Below the pieces are notes generated by a model that searched no databases, was not told the origin of the DNA, and was given only the letters and a program-made list of their open reading frames with translations. Source: Raillietiella orientalis (Eukaryota). Taken from it: a DNA stretch of 64,000 nucleotides. The DNA is taken from the NCBI GenBank assembly GCA_036172245.1, contig JAYWIR010000013.1, positions 2,480,001 to 2,544,000 on the forward strand, written 5' to 3'. Numbering within the stretch: the first letter of the stretch is position 1; each line of letters begins with the position of its first letter. Of this stretch, positions 23,656-36,940 are shown in pieces. A program made the position numbers and the translations under genes.

Positions 23656-26600
23656 TAGCAACTTGGCGTCCGCATTCACTATTGTGATGGGACGCCAGTT
23701 GTTCATGCTCCTTAGGTCTCCTCCCTTCGGGAGGAGCCGCACCTTTGCTGAACGAAACGAGGTGGGAACGTCACCTGTTTCACAGATCAGCAAGGTGAGC
23801 TGATGTACCAGGGGAGTAAGCTCAGCCGCGAAAGTTTGGTAAAACTCCGCGGGCAGGCCGTCCTCCCCTGGAGCCTTCCGCCTCTTGAGCTTTCCGATGG
23901 CCGAGAGGATCTCGTCCATCGTGAAAGGCTCGTCGAGGCTTCTTTTCTCCTCCTCCCCGATCGCTGGAGCACCTTACGGAAGCAGAAGTCGTGCGACCTC
24001 TCGCTCCGGAGGCGCCCTGGCGTACAGGGAGGAGTAAAATTTTCTCACTATCCCGCGTTTCTGAGCGGGAACCGAGTGCTCCCGGCCCTGGTAGTCCAGC
24101 AAGCTGGCCGACCCAGATTTCCAGGCTTGCCTCTCGGCTCCCGCTCGATACTCTGCTAACCTGCGCATGTCGGGGGTTCTCGCGTAACGTCGGGCCTGAA
24201 GATAGCACCTTTCGTTACGCGGTCCCTCCCCAAAACCCGCAGGTAGGCGATGCAGGGGGAACTGATCGCAGAACTCCCGGACCGACCGCTTGAAGCGGTC
24301 CCAGTCCTAAAGTGTCTGCATCCTGAAGCTCCGAATAAACGCGCGGAGGTGCTTTGCCGCGTCGGGAAACTTCAGCCAGTCCCCTGGCAGACGCCACGCT
24401 GACGAGGGGGGGCCCTTGTCGCGCGGACGCACTTCGAACATGATCCGACCATGGTCCGACAGCTCGGATGGTACCTTGCCGCGCCTGCCCACCCGAGAGC
24501 ATAGGTGCTGATCAAGGTACACGTGATCGATGCTGCTTTCCATGGCCGTGTCCCCGGCCAACAAGTTGCGTGTGTTCATTTCTGCGCACAACTCGTTGAC
24601 GCGGTCGTTCAGTGTATCCGGCGCACCTGAAAGCAGGCGCAGGTTGAAATCACCAGCGATCAGGTGCGCTTTGCGAACTCCAGCATCGGTCAGCCAATCG
24701 CGTCTCAGGGCAAGGTAGAATTCCCTTCTTGCCTTCGCCGTCAACGCGTTATTTCCGCTAGGAGCGTATAGGTTGATGACGACCAGGTCGATAGAGTCGG
24801 ACCAGCTGAGAGTCAGCTGACCGACGCGACCTGCGTCATCGAACCGAACGTCCTTTATTGCGGTCTCGATTGCTGGCCGAAGCAGGAAGGCGACACCGCT
24901 TGATTTCGCGGTGCCGCAACGCCACAACAGCCGCCCACCCGAGATCCGTTCGATCTCCCGGGCTTGATCTGCGGAGATAACGTGGATCTCCTGCAGCAGC
25001 ACCAGGTCGAAGGATGCCAGGGTGGCGGTCGCGTCACGCTTCTTGCCGTCGTCGCTTAGCCCGTTCACGTTTCAACAGGCGATCAGAAGAGGACGGCGAG
25101 AAACGATCCCCGGCATTATGGCTGGGAAAGTGGCGTCGCGGCACCTCCCGCGGGGCATGTGTAGGAAAGGTCCATCGGTACGAGGACCATCGGAACGAGG
25201 ACGAAGGCCTCTTCAGGCGCCTGGGGTAGCTGTTCGGCTTCCATCCTCACCATCCCCTCCGTGTCCGAGCGTGGAATTCTCTCGGGCGACGGGTGCCGGG
25301 AGTTTCCCACGCTCATGGCACCCTCGCGACCGGAAGCCATCTCTTCCCCTTCGTCGGGGGAGACGATCTTGCGGGGCATTGTGGACTTTCGTCCTGCCTT
25401 TTTGCGGGCTGCCGCGGAGGTGGATGCTGTGTTTCCGGCCTTCACCTCGGGGTCCGAAGTGGCCGACTCCTGAGGGGGAGCCGGACGCCTTGCGGCCTTC
25501 TTGCTATCCTTGGGGACAACCGGCTGCAACGAGGCAGCCAGCTCCTTCGGGGCGCGCTCGAAGGCGACGTGATCGAGCGTGGGTTCGATGACGGACGCCG
25601 CCGCCTCGCTCCCCTCCTTGTTGACTTTGTAAACGCAGGGTTGAGCAGGGGCAGCAGCGAATTCTTTAGCGCCGCATTCGTCGATGGCGGGAATCCGCTC
25701 TACGACGACGCAGCAGCTTTTCATTTTATCGCGGCGCAGAGCGGTTTCGCTCCGTTTCGCCACGTTGTTTCCCTTCTTATGGGAGTTTTTCTTGGGGTCG
25801 ACCTTCTGCCACCCTGGCTCTTGACCCTCGCCCTCGACCTTTTCGGCGTTTTTCGCCGAAGTCTTGGGGCTGGCCTTCGCCTTGGTGGCGGAGGTGACCT
25901 CCTTAGCAGCAGCACGAGCTGTAAGCTTCTTTCTCTTTTTTGCCGCGCGCTTTCTCGCGTTTTTCGCGGACACGACGCGGACTGTGTTCTGAAGGCACAC
26001 AAGACGGGTGTGCCCCGCTTGTTTGCATTGCTGACACTGCAAGCTCGGACACCTCATTTTAAGGTGACCAAAGCTGCTGCAGCAGCCGCAAAACTTGGGT
26101 TTCCCCACGTACCACACGTCAACGGATTCACCGTTGACGGTGAGTTTGTGGGGAATCTCACATCCCTCGCGAACCATCACTCGCGCTGCACCCAGGATGC
26201 CAAGCAACCCGTCGTAATCGACAAAAGGGGTAGGCTTTCCCCACAGCGCGTGTGGACAGTTGCGAATTTTTCCAATTCGTTCCGAACGGCCTCCTTCGTC
26301 ATCCGGAACGTGATACCGGTCAGGTGAATGATCACCGACCGGTCTTCAGTTATTGGGAGAAGCCTCCGGCTGCCCATACTTACGGGGGCTCGCAGAAGTC
26401 TCTGCGCAAGAGTTGCCTCCTTGCAGATAACTTCCACAAATTGACCCCCGCTTCTGACGGACATAGACAGAAGCTCCTCTTTCTGTACACGGAGAACGCG
26501 CATCACCTGCGAAAAAACGCGCGCGTTCTCGGGAGAATGTAAACCGCCTACCTTATATAGAAGGGGTGGGTTATACCCCTTCTCCAGGTAAGCGCGCATT

Positions 26601-29600
26601 TCCGCCATAGCCGCTGGCGTAGGTGCCGCAGCCACGGCGTTCCAAGCCCTGGGTAGCGCTGGGAGCGCATCCGTGCTGGCGGGAGCCTCCACTGATGCGG
26701 GAGCCCCCACCTCCATCTGCTCCGGGGGCAATGAGGTCATCGCCCCCGGATCCTCACCGGTGGTGGTATCAGGCATTTCTGCCTAATCCTCCACCCATAC
26801 CACGCACAAGCACCAACGGAAATGGAACTCAGGAGCAACGAAAAGACACGTCCGCTCGACGCTCCGGAATCTCCAAAACTGGGACTTTTTTAAGGAATGG
26901 GTCCGCGAGTCCTGTGAGCGGTTCCCCTTTGATCGCCTGCCCCCCCGGATTCGGCGAAGGTGCTCGCAACCATCGGGCCTATTTACAGGCCCGTAGGTGC
27001 GAGCGAACCCCTAATGTCCGTCGCCTGGCCGAGTACCGCGCCAAGGCCGAACACCAAGCCTGGCAATCCGGGTCCTCCAGCTTGCTGGACGATCAGGGCC
27101 GGGAATGTTGGTCCGCGGCGTCGGTACGGCATCTCGTGCGGAGTTATTATTCCTCCCTTTACGCCAGGGCGCCCCCGGATCAAGATGCCTCTCGGCTCTT
27201 GCATCCGGATGGTGCCGCGACAATAGGGGAGGAGGAGTCGTTAAGCCTCGATGAGCCTTTTACCACCGGCGAAATTCTCGCCGGTATCAAAAGGCTCAAG
27301 AGGCGGAAAGCTTTAGGGGAAGACGGCTTGCCCGCGGAGTTCTATCAGAGCTTCGCGGAAGAGCTGGCACCCCTGCTGCTTCAGCTGACAAGGCTGATCC
27401 GAGACGAAGGCGACGTTCCCGCCTCGTTTCGGTCAGCCAGAGTGAGGCTCCTTCCGAAAAGGGGAGACCTTAGGAATTTGAACGACTGGCGTCCGATCAC
27501 GATTGTGAATACGGACGCCAAGTTGGTTGCCGGGCTATGGGCTTCGCGTCTGGGGCAGGTGGCAGAATCCATTATTAGCCCGGAGCAGACATATGCTGTT
27601 CCCGGGCGAAGTATGGATGCCAACCTCTTCTTCGCGAGCACACGGATGCACGCGCAGAGGTGTCAAAAGGAAGGAAAAGGAAAAATCGGGAACCCCACTT
27701 TGGGGCCGCCAGCAGGGCAGGGAATGGACTCCCGGGCGGGGAAGGGGGCCTTAGCGCTCGCAGTCGATCTCCATAAGGCGTTCGACTGTGTTGACCAGGG
27801 GCTTTTGTTGGAGCTGCTGGGTCGCTTGAGCTTCCCACCCTCCCTCATTACCTACCTGCCCTTTTGCTGGCGGAATGCGATTATCTCCACCTCTTTCAGT
27901 AGCCAGAAGGTGTATGGCGTGCCGGTGCGGCGAAACATCAGGCAGGGAGATAGCCTGAGTCCCCTCCTCTTCAGCACCTACTTTGAGTTGGTGCTGAGAG
28001 CCTACAGGGTGACTTTGGTTTCCTTGCCGAGCTCGAGTCCCGGCACGCCCGCCGTAGCAGCCTATGCCGACGACCTTCTGCTCCTGTTACCTATGTCCAC
28101 CTTGGCGAAGGCGGTCGGAGACTTCTTCGATCTGCTCAGCCATAGGACCGGACTGCAGGTCAACAGGGCGAAGTCATCGGTGGTGCCAGTAGGTGCGCCG
28201 TGGGCAGGGCAGCAGGACTGGGTCCGTCTGTGGATCCCCACGGCGAGGTGCCTCAAGTACCTTGGTGTGCCGTTGGGTGACTACTTCCCTGCGGAAGCGT
28301 GGTCCAGCTGTCTTCAAAAAGTTGAGACGGCGATCGGCCCGTTCCTGGAAGGCAAGTTTCACTTGCCGGAACGGGCCGCGGTTTGGAACGCCTTCGCAGC
28401 CTCCATCCTCCGCCCCTTGCTTTTTGTTTGTTCCGCCCCAGGAGTAGTTAAAAAAAGGACGAAGGACCTCCTCCGCCTCGCCCTTTGGGGCAAGGGGAGG
28501 CCCCGAGTCCCTCTGCAGGACTTGTGCGCTCCGCGTCGGGACGGCGGCCTTGGCCTCCTGACGCTGGAGCGCGTGGAAATCCAGCTGCGGTGGCGAACCC
28601 TCGCCATCGCAGCGAAGATGTGGAGCACCCCTTGGTGCGTTCCGGCCCGCCACCTCGCCAGGCGTGTTTTCCGATGCGAAGGACTCGCGTAGTTTGTTCT
28701 GTGCCCTGGCCGGAAGATCCGAAGATGCGGCCTTATGCTCGGACGCATAGCAACCTTGGCGAAGACGAACGGTTGGATGGTTTGTGGCGCCGCCAACTCC
28801 TCCGCCTGGTTGGAGCAGTCTGCTGGCACATGGGCTAAGCTGAACCGGAGGAGTGAAAACCACATGAACTGCCTGCGAATCGGCCCATACGCCAACCGCA
28901 CCCTGCGGGAAAAACAGGAATTTCCTCGGAGTCGCAGGTGGGCGTTGACGACCCCGCTTGCTACGGCGATGCCCTACCTCCTGAGGGCGCTTCAGGATCG
29001 CCAGAAGCCGAGGTGGCAAGTCACCTGCCAGATCGCAGGCAGGGAGAAGATGTTAAGCGGCTGGACCACAGGAGAACTGGCGGACGCCACGACCCCGAGC
29101 GTCCAGCCGCGTGGATTAATGAGATGGGGCGAGCTGCTCGCCATCCCTACGGATGTGCTGAAGTGGCCCCAGGTACTGAAGGAATCCAGGATCCTGCCCC
29201 TTAAGTGGCAAGAGTCGGCGTTGCTACTGCTGCACTGGGGTTTACATTGCAACGCACGCCGCTTCCACTGGACAAGGGGAGCTGTGGATCCTGAGTGTGT
29301 CAGGTGCGGAGAGCGGGAATCGCTCTCCCATTTTATTGTGGACTGTGCTACCATCCGACCCCTCTGGGAACGGTTCGGGGCGACCCTAGGGCTCCCAACG
29401 GGCAGCACCCCATGAGACGTTCTTCGGCCCCTCTTCGTGAAGGACGCACTGCAGCCAGCCGCAGCCATCGCAGCCTTGTGATGTGTCCGTGGCATCGTGG
29501 CGGCATGGAGCGACGCCAAAAACTAAGTAGTGGCTCCACAGGCGAGGGATGTCATTTTCTACGCCCAACGCTTCATGCGGAGAGCTGCCGGATGACCCCA

Positions 29601-30425
29601 ACTGGGAAATATACGGACGGATCTCGAGGGCTTCCTTCAACGGATGGGCCCTTATCACAGCGCTTAGTTATCCCTTCCCTGCCCTCCAACTTCTTTTTGT
29701 CTGTTTATTTTTTTTGTTTTTCGTTTTGTTTTATCCCGATCCCCCTTCGCTGCTCAGGAACGCTACGCTGGGCTGCGTCCCGGCGTCCCGGCAGGTCCAG
29801 TGCATATAGCCGTGAGCGGGGTCTTGTACCGCGTATGTAGAGTTTTTTAAAAATAAACGCCCCGGGCGTACCCGGGTGTAAACCTTCAAGGCTGGCAAGA
29901 AGGCCGTAAGGCGTCCGGACTCCCCTCAGGAGTCCCCCACTTCCGACCCCGAGGTGGAGGCCGGAAGCGCAGCCTCCGTTTCCACGGCACCGCGCAAGAA
30001 GGCTGGACGTAAGTCCACAAAGCCAAGGAAGCTCGTCTTCCCCGTCGATGGAGAAGAGATGGCTTCAGCAAGCGAGGGTGCCATGAGCGTGGGAAACTCT
30101 CGGGACCCGTCGCCCGAGAGACTCCCACGCGCGGACACGGAGGGGATGGAGGGGGTGGAGGCCGAACAGGTGCCTCAGGTGCCTGAGAAGGCCGAAACCC
30201 GCATGGACATCCCTCCTGCCTCGCAAGAGAAGGGCTCCCCCACACCTTAATCTTCCCAGCAGTAATGCCGGGAATCTCCTCCCGCCGTCGTCTGCGCATC
30301 GCCGTTTCGAACGTGAACGGCATGACAGACGCCGGCAGGAGACGAGACATGGCCGCCCTTCTGGAGTCCTACGACCTTGCACTGCTGCAGGAGATCCACG
30401 TGATCTCTGCAGAACAAGCGCAAGA

Positions 30426-32426
30426 TATTTCTCACCCGTTCACGCCGGGGCGTTTATTCCATATAACATAACCAAAAAAAGCAATTATACAAAATAAACC
30501 AGTTGGGAACCAAACTCCCAACCGACGACTGAACAAGAATGAAGAGAATATTGCTGGCACGCAGGCCAGAGTAACAGTTTTTTGAACGGTGTGAGGGGGG
30601 CGGGAAACACAAAGAAACCAAAATAAAATAAAAACAATGAATAAGTAGGACGGGACAAGGATCTTTGGGATCGATCTGGAAGACACGGGGATAAAAGCAA
30701 GGGCACCGGAAATTTTACTGAGCGAACGGGGACGGGGTATGGGTGGGCGAGAGGTCGCAGGGGTCTCCGGATTACGCCGTTCACAAAGGTGTGTAAACCG
30801 GCGATGTATGCCGGTGATTTCCTCATTCACCTTGTCACGAAGATAGACCCCCTTGAAGCCTTCTCCATGAATTGAGCTGCAAGCAGGTGAGCCTCCCTTC
30901 GCTGCAATGACAACTCCAGGGCGTAGCGGGCCTTCACGATGGAGAGAACGCAACACATGGTTGCGACAATCGCGCTACCGAAAGTCCATTTCTGCTGAAG
31001 AAGCGCCGCAGCACATCAATGGCAGTGCCTCCTTGTGGCATGATGGCCGAAGTGAGCCTTCGCCACAGTTCCCGGAGGTCACCGCAGTCCAGCAAAAGGT
31101 GCGGAAAAGACTCGATCTCTCTGCACCTTGAACAGTTTGGCAAAGCAGCTCCCCCGGAAACGATGCTTCGCTGCCTATTACAGTGTAATGCACAATGTAA
31201 AAAGAGCAGCACATCTTGTTTCTACTTAGGAAAGAACACGGAGCTGTCCAAACAAACGGGGGGAACCACTATCTCTCCGGGGGGCACAATTAAATGTTCG
31301 CTCCACCGAAGCAGGCCCTTCGCCCGATTCCGAGGTGTGGCGGCATGCACCAGCTCCTATGTCGTCCAGCTGCCGAGGAGCTTACTGACTCCCGCTATTT
31401 TGCAGGAGAACTCCCATTCCGCCGGTAGGCAACCGTCGTTGCTTGCCCTGAGGGCAGACGGCGCTGCGGCGAGTGGTGTGGCGGCCAGACGATCCGACAA
31501 CTTCTTGTCCTGCATGACTTCGTCCATTTGATGACTGAGGAGAAGTCGCAAGCGTCGAAGATCTTCCGGGCGCGTTCCTTCGGAAGCTGCCCACGATGAA
31601 AAAGATTCCTGCCGCCATGCATGAATGTTCATGGGGCGGCAGGAGATCCAGCTTTGGGCTTCCAGCAGTGAGGACAGCTGCCTCAGCGGGAAGCCAAACC
31701 CTATTCTGGTGTGCCTAAAGTGGGGTAGCAACGAAAGCAGTCCCCCGCTTCCCGTGCAGCGCCTCAGTATAAGGCGTGCGGGTAAGCACCACCGCGTACA
31801 CCACAGCTTGACACAGAGCCGCAGCATGCAAAACTGCACCTGCAGTTCGATGCTGTTCAAGTCGAGGATGCCCAAGCCTGCATCCTGACGCGGCGCCACC
31901 AAGTCTTTAAGTCTAACACGGGATCTTGCAGCGCCCCACAACGCTTTGCGTAGAAGGCGCTGCGCCCAGACTTTGACTTCCTGGGGGGGTGGACAAACAA
32001 AAAACAGGGGGCAGAGGAGGGATGCAACGAAGGTGTTCCAGATGCAGGCCCGTTCCGGCAAGACGAACTCGCCTCCTGAAAACGGGCCAAGTGCACGCTC
32101 TGCCTTCCGATGGCAGTCCGACCACGCTTCTGAGATGCAGAAGTCGCCCAACGGCACGCCAAGGTACCTGAGGTACCTGCCCGTGGGGATCCCCAGGTCG
32201 ATCCAGTCGGACTGCCCCTCCCACGTCGCACCCACCGGAACAACCACACACATACTCCTGTTAACGCTCACGCCCGCACCGCGACCAGTGAACTCAAAGA
32301 TGTCTTCAAGCGATGTCGCCGGGGTGGACATGCGCAACAAGAGAAGCAGGTCGGCATAGGCTGCCACAACCTGCGTACCTGGACAGGTGCTCGGCAGGTT
32401 GGCGAGCGTCAGCCTGTAAGCCTGCA
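30426..32426 (-). mobile_element. LINE copy E1, 5'-truncated, antisense in A2 APE at EQAQ
   Basis: Minus ORF 31357-32427 (late RT) and a zinc finger at 30934-31212. 3' end aataaacgccccggcgtgaacgggtgagaaata. Perfect 13-bp TSD aacaagcgcaaga at 30413-30425 / 32427-32439. Confidence 0.93.
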
Positions 32427-35400
32427 AACAAGCGCAAGAGATCGAACGGATCTCCGGAGGGCGGCTATGGTACAGGTGTGGGAGAGCGAAAAGTTGCGGT
32501 GTCGCCTACCTGCTTTGGCCAGCCGTCGAGGCCGCGGCTCGGGGCGTGCGGTTCGACGATCACGGTCGTGTCGGCCAGCTGACTCTCAGGTGGTCGGACT
32601 CGATCGATCTGATTGTCACCAACGTGTACGAGCACCGAGCGGCGCGGAACTGATGAACAGGAGGGCGAGGAAAGAGTTTTTTCTTGTTCTCCGGCGAGAC
32701 TGGCTGACCGAAGCAGGCGTGCGGAATGCCCATCTGGTTGCAGGCGATTTCAACGTTCGCCTGAAACCAGATGGGCAGATTCCCGAGCGTGACCTGGTCA
32801 ACGAAGTCTGCATGGCGGTGCACACCTGTAATTTGTTGGCCAGTGCACCGGGGATGGAAGACAGCATTGACCACGTGTTTCTTGACGAGCACCTGTGCCC
32901 TTGCGTGGGCAGGCGCGGCAAGTTACCGTGCGAGATGTCCGACCATCGCCCGCTAGTCCTCGAGATCCATCCGCGGGACCGGGGCCCCCCCTCATCAGCG
33001 TGGCGTCTCCCAGGGGACTGGCTGAAGCTCCCGGACGCGGCGGAACATCTCCGCACGTTCATAAGGAGCTTCAGGCTGCGGACACTCCAGGATTGGAACC
33101 CCTTCAAGTGGGCGGTCCAGGAGTTCTGCGACCAGTTTCCTCTGCACCGCCTACCTACGGGTTTTGGGACCGGGGTCCGTAACGAGCGAGCCTGCCTGCA
33201 GGCCCGTCGTTACGCCAGGACCCCCGACATCCGCAGGCTGGCGAAATACAAAGCGGGAGCCGAGAGGCAAGCCTGGCAGTCCGGATCGGCCAGCTTACTA
33301 GACGATCTGGCCCAGGAGCACTCGGCACCTGCCCAAACCCGCGGCCTGCTGCGGAGTTACTACTCCTCCCTGTATGCCAGGGCACCTCCGGAGAGGAACG
33401 TCTCACGACTTCTGCTTCCGGAGGGCGCTCCAGCGATCGGGGAGGAGCAGAGAAAGACCCTCGACGAGCCTTTCACGATGGACGAGATCCTCTCGGCCAT
33501 CGGAAAGCTCAAGAGGCGAAAGACTCCAGGGGAGGACGGCCTGCCCGCGGAGTTTTATCGTACTTTCGCGGCTCAGCTAACCCTCCTGGTACAGCAACTC
33601 ACCTTGCTGATACGCGAAACAGGTGACGTTCCCGCCTCGTTTCGTTCGGCAAAGGTGCGGCTCCTCCCCAAGTGAGGAGATCTGAGGAGCATGAACAACT
33701 GACGTCCCATCACAATAGTGAATGCGGACGCCAAGTTGCTAGCAAAGGTCTGGGCAGAGCGTCTGGGACGCGTTCCCAACATCTTCATCAGCCCGGAACA
33801 GACATATGCTGTTCCCGGGCGAAGCATGGAGGCGAACCTGTTCCACGCTTCCACCTGGCTAGAGCTCCAAAATGAAAGGAGCTTGGAGCGCGGCCGGAAT
33901 TCCGGTGCGTGCGCCGGCAAGGGGTTGGATGGTCGGGGGGGGGAGGGAGCCCTTGCGGTCGCAATCGACTTGCGGAAAGCATTCGATTGCGTCGACCAAG
34001 ATCTCCATCTGGAGCTTCTGGAACGCTTGGGCTTCCCGGCCTCATTAGTGGCCTATCTGCGCTCCTGCTGGCGCAACGCGCTCATCAACGTTACTTTCAG
34101 CGGGCAGACCGTGCACGGCGTGCCGCTGCGGCGAGGGATCCGGCAGGGAGACAGCCTTAACCCCTTGCTCTTCATTACCTACTTTGAGTTGGTACTGAGA
34201 GCGTACAGGGGAACTCTGGCGCACCTGCCGCACCAGTGTGCCGGTACGCCGGCCGTTTCAGCATACGCGGACGACCTTCTGCTGCTGCTCCCTATGTACA
34301 CCCCGGCTGCGGCGGTCGAGGAGTTCTTCGACCTGCTGCATCGGGGAACCGGACTTACGGTGAACAGGGCGAAGTCGTCCGTGATGCCAGTTGGTGCGGC
34401 GTGGGCAGGGCAGCAGGACTGGGTCCGTTTGGGGATCCACACGGTGAGGTACTTCAAGTACCTTGGTGTGATGTTGGGGGACTACTCACCTGCGGAAGCG
34501 TGGTCCGGCTGCCTCCAAAAAGTAGAGACGGCGATCGGCTTGTTCCGAGTCAGCAGGTTTTTCCTGACTGAACGGGCCGCGGTTTGGAACACGTTCGCGG
34601 CTCCTCTCCTCCGCCCTCTGCTTTTTGTTTGCCCCCCCATAGAGAGAATTAAAAAGCGGACAAAGGACCTCCTCCGTATCGCCCTTTGGGGCAACGGGAG
34701 GGCCCGAGTTTGCTTAAAGGACTTGTGCGCTCCTCGTCGGGATGGTAGTCTGGGCATCCTGACGCTGGAGCGGCTGGAGCTTCAGCTCCAATTCCGATTG
34801 TCGGCACTCGTTCCAGAGTTGTGATGCACCTGTTGTTGCGTCCCTGCACGTCTCCTTCTCCAGCAAGCCACCGGCAAGACGGGACTGACGTCGTTTCTTG
34901 CACTCCGTCGCCGCGTCAACCGATGAGGACTCCAGCTACGGAGGGTGGCTTCGCTGTATCGGAAAAACCCAGGATTGCTCACCTTTCGCCCTTTGAACGG
35001 TAGTGCCTAGTTGCAGGAAACCGTTCGAACGTGGGGACAGTTCGGCATGCAACGCTCTCAACAGGAACGAAGGTTCCTGTTTGAAGGTTACAGAAGTTGC
35101 ACGCTCTGCGAGATCCTGGAGGATCCAAAGAAGAGAGCGTGGGCAGGAAGAACCCCCCTCTCTTCAGTGCTGCCCTCCCTGATGGAAGATCTGGACAGCG
35201 ATGTTGCGGCGAAGTGGGAGGATTCATTTACAATCTGCGGAAAGGAGAAGAAGATAGGAGAGTGGAAGACGGGCCAGTTAACAGACGCTGCGTCCCCGAG
35301 TACGCCTCCCAATGGACTTCTGCGCTGGAGCGCGCTGCTCGATGTTCCCATTGAACATCTGAAGTGGCCCCCGGTGCTCATGAACACTTCCGCCCTCCCC

Positions 35401-36940
35401 TTAAAATGGCAGGAGTCGGCTCTCCTGTTGCAGCACTGGGGACTCCCCTGCAACGCCCGCCGACACCACTGGACCTGGGGAGCGGTGGACCCCAATTGCG
35501 TCAGGTGTGGGGAACGAAAGTCCCTCCCCCACCTGCTAGTGGATTGTGTTGCCCTTCGGCCCCTTTGGTTTTGCTTTGCAGCGGCCATCGGAATCCCCTG
35601 CAGCAACCCCAGGGACGCACTTTAAGCCCTCTTTGTTGCCGACGCCCTTCGGCCAGCGGCCTCGTTACAGCTTTGTGCTGCCTACGCGGGATCGTCACCG
35701 CTTGGAGCAAGGCTACGGGAGGACAACGCGACCAGGGTGCCATCCAGCCAGCCTCCCAGTTCCTGAGGAGGGCGTCCCGATGGCCCCACCTGGATCCAGG
35801 AATACAGAAGGAGCTTGTTGGCATCCTGCAAAGGATGCAACGGCCCCACCAGCAACTGTGATCCTTTCCCTTAACCTCCCAACTTTTCCTTTCTTTTTTG
35901 TTTTGTTTTTTGTTTTTTCCATTTCCCGCTGCTGCCGTTTTGACCGTACAGGTCTGCGAACCAATGAACCGGCAGCCTCTGTGTTTCTTAGTGCGCGGCT
36001 GGAGCAATGGTCAAGCCACCGCACGTCTTTGTAAATGTTTATTTCACAACAAACGGCCCGGCGAAATCCGGGTGAAAATCGAACGCCTCCTGGAGATCGA
36101 CTGCGAGCGCTAAAGCCCCCTTCTTCGCCCGGATATCCCTTCCCTGTTGGGAATCATTTTAATGTACAACTGGCAGCCCCAAAGTACGGTTGGAAATTTT
36201 CCCGTTCCCGTTTTTTTGACTCCTCTGCAGGTGCATTCACGTACTTTCAAAGACGAGCTTGGCCTCCATACTTCGCACGGGAACAGCATAACTCTGCTCC
36301 GGGCAAATTATGGATTCTGCCACCTGCCCCAGACGCGAAGCCCATAGCCCTGCTATCAACATGTCGTCCGTATTCACGATCGTGATCGGACGCCAGTTCA
36401 ATTTTCTGAGGACTTCACCTTTCGAGAGGAGCCTCACTCTGCCCGACCAAAACGAGGAGGCAACTTCGCTTTGGTCTCGGATCACCCTTGTCGAATAAAG
36501 CAGCAGGGGTGCGAGCTCTTATGCGATGCTCTCAAAGAACTCCGCGAGTAAGCCGTCTTCCCTTGGAGATTTTCGCCTCTTGAGCCTATTCATACCAGAA
36601 AGAATTCCGCCGGTGGTAAAAGGCTCGTCAAGGCTTAACATCTCCTCCTCCCCTATTGCCGCGGCGCCTTCCGGAAGCAAGCGCCGAGAGGCGTTCCGAT
36701 CCGGGGGCTTCCTGGCGTAAAGGGAGGAATAAAAACTCCGCACGAGATGCCGTACCGACGCCGGGGACAACCATTTTCTGCCCTGGGCATCCAGCAGGCT
36801 GGTCGACCTGGATTACCAGGTTTGGCTTTCAGCCCCAGCGCTGTATTCGGCCAAGCGACGGACATTAGCGGTTCTCTCGTACCAGCTGACCTGTAACTAA
36901 GCCCTATGTTTGCGAGGACCCTCGCCAAATCTCACGGTCA

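Larger units (their letters stand above)
15406..26858 (-). mobile_element. LINE copy A', full-length but degenerate. Segments 15406-17752 and 23656-26858; antisense in B1; hosts C.
   Basis: 5' motif gcggacgtgtctttt at 26855. ORF1 26776-25116 (one frameshift). TAATG at 25118-25114. APE in 24307-25068 and RT in 16338-17750. 3' end aataaacgtcccggcgcacccgggttttaa. 17-bp TSD acg(t/c)tccggaatctcca at 15389-15405 / 26859-26875. Confidence 0.92.
12829..29882 (+). mobile_element. LINE copy B1, full-length but degenerate. Segments 12829-15405 and 26859-29882; sense insertion in A2 ORF1; hosts A'.
   Basis: 5' ttggaggacgtgttttt. ORF1 12917-14603 is frameshifted. APE 14603-15405. RT lies in ORF 26623-28692. 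3' end aataaacgccccgggcgtacccgggtgtaaa. Degenerate TSD cctccacggccag (12816-12828) / ccttcaaggctgg (29883-29895). Confidence 0.9.
11491..36078 (+). mobile_element. LINE copy A2, full-length but degenerate. Segments 11491-12828, 29883-30425 and 32427-36078; hosts B1 and E1.
   Basis: 5' motif gtgcacgtgtttttt. ORF1 11576-12828 resumes at 29883 (KKAVRRP). TAATG at 30263. APE/RT in ORFs 32467-33675, 33718-34824 and 35011-35625. 3' end cccggcgaaatccgggtgaaaa. TSD tcgaccgcct (11468) / tcgaacgcct (36079). Confidence 0.88.
9390..36940 (-). mobile_element. LINE copy B'2, degenerate. Segments 9390-~11485 and 36079-36940; split at KAFD by A2 and cut at FGEG by B'3.
   Basis: RT and C-terminal remnants in minus ORFs 9596-11436. 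Upstream RT remnants in 36237-36770 (WRPITIVNTD, KSPREDGL). The halves rejoin as AVDLQEAFD | KAVDCVEPELL. 3' end at 9420-9390. Confidence 0.8.

Noticed and set aside
28690..28692. Alternative genetic code or programmed readthrough for shared in-frame stops
   Set aside because: Stops of all three types occur alongside frameshifts, the open C ORF2 needs no recoding, and TAA/TGA end ORFs normally.
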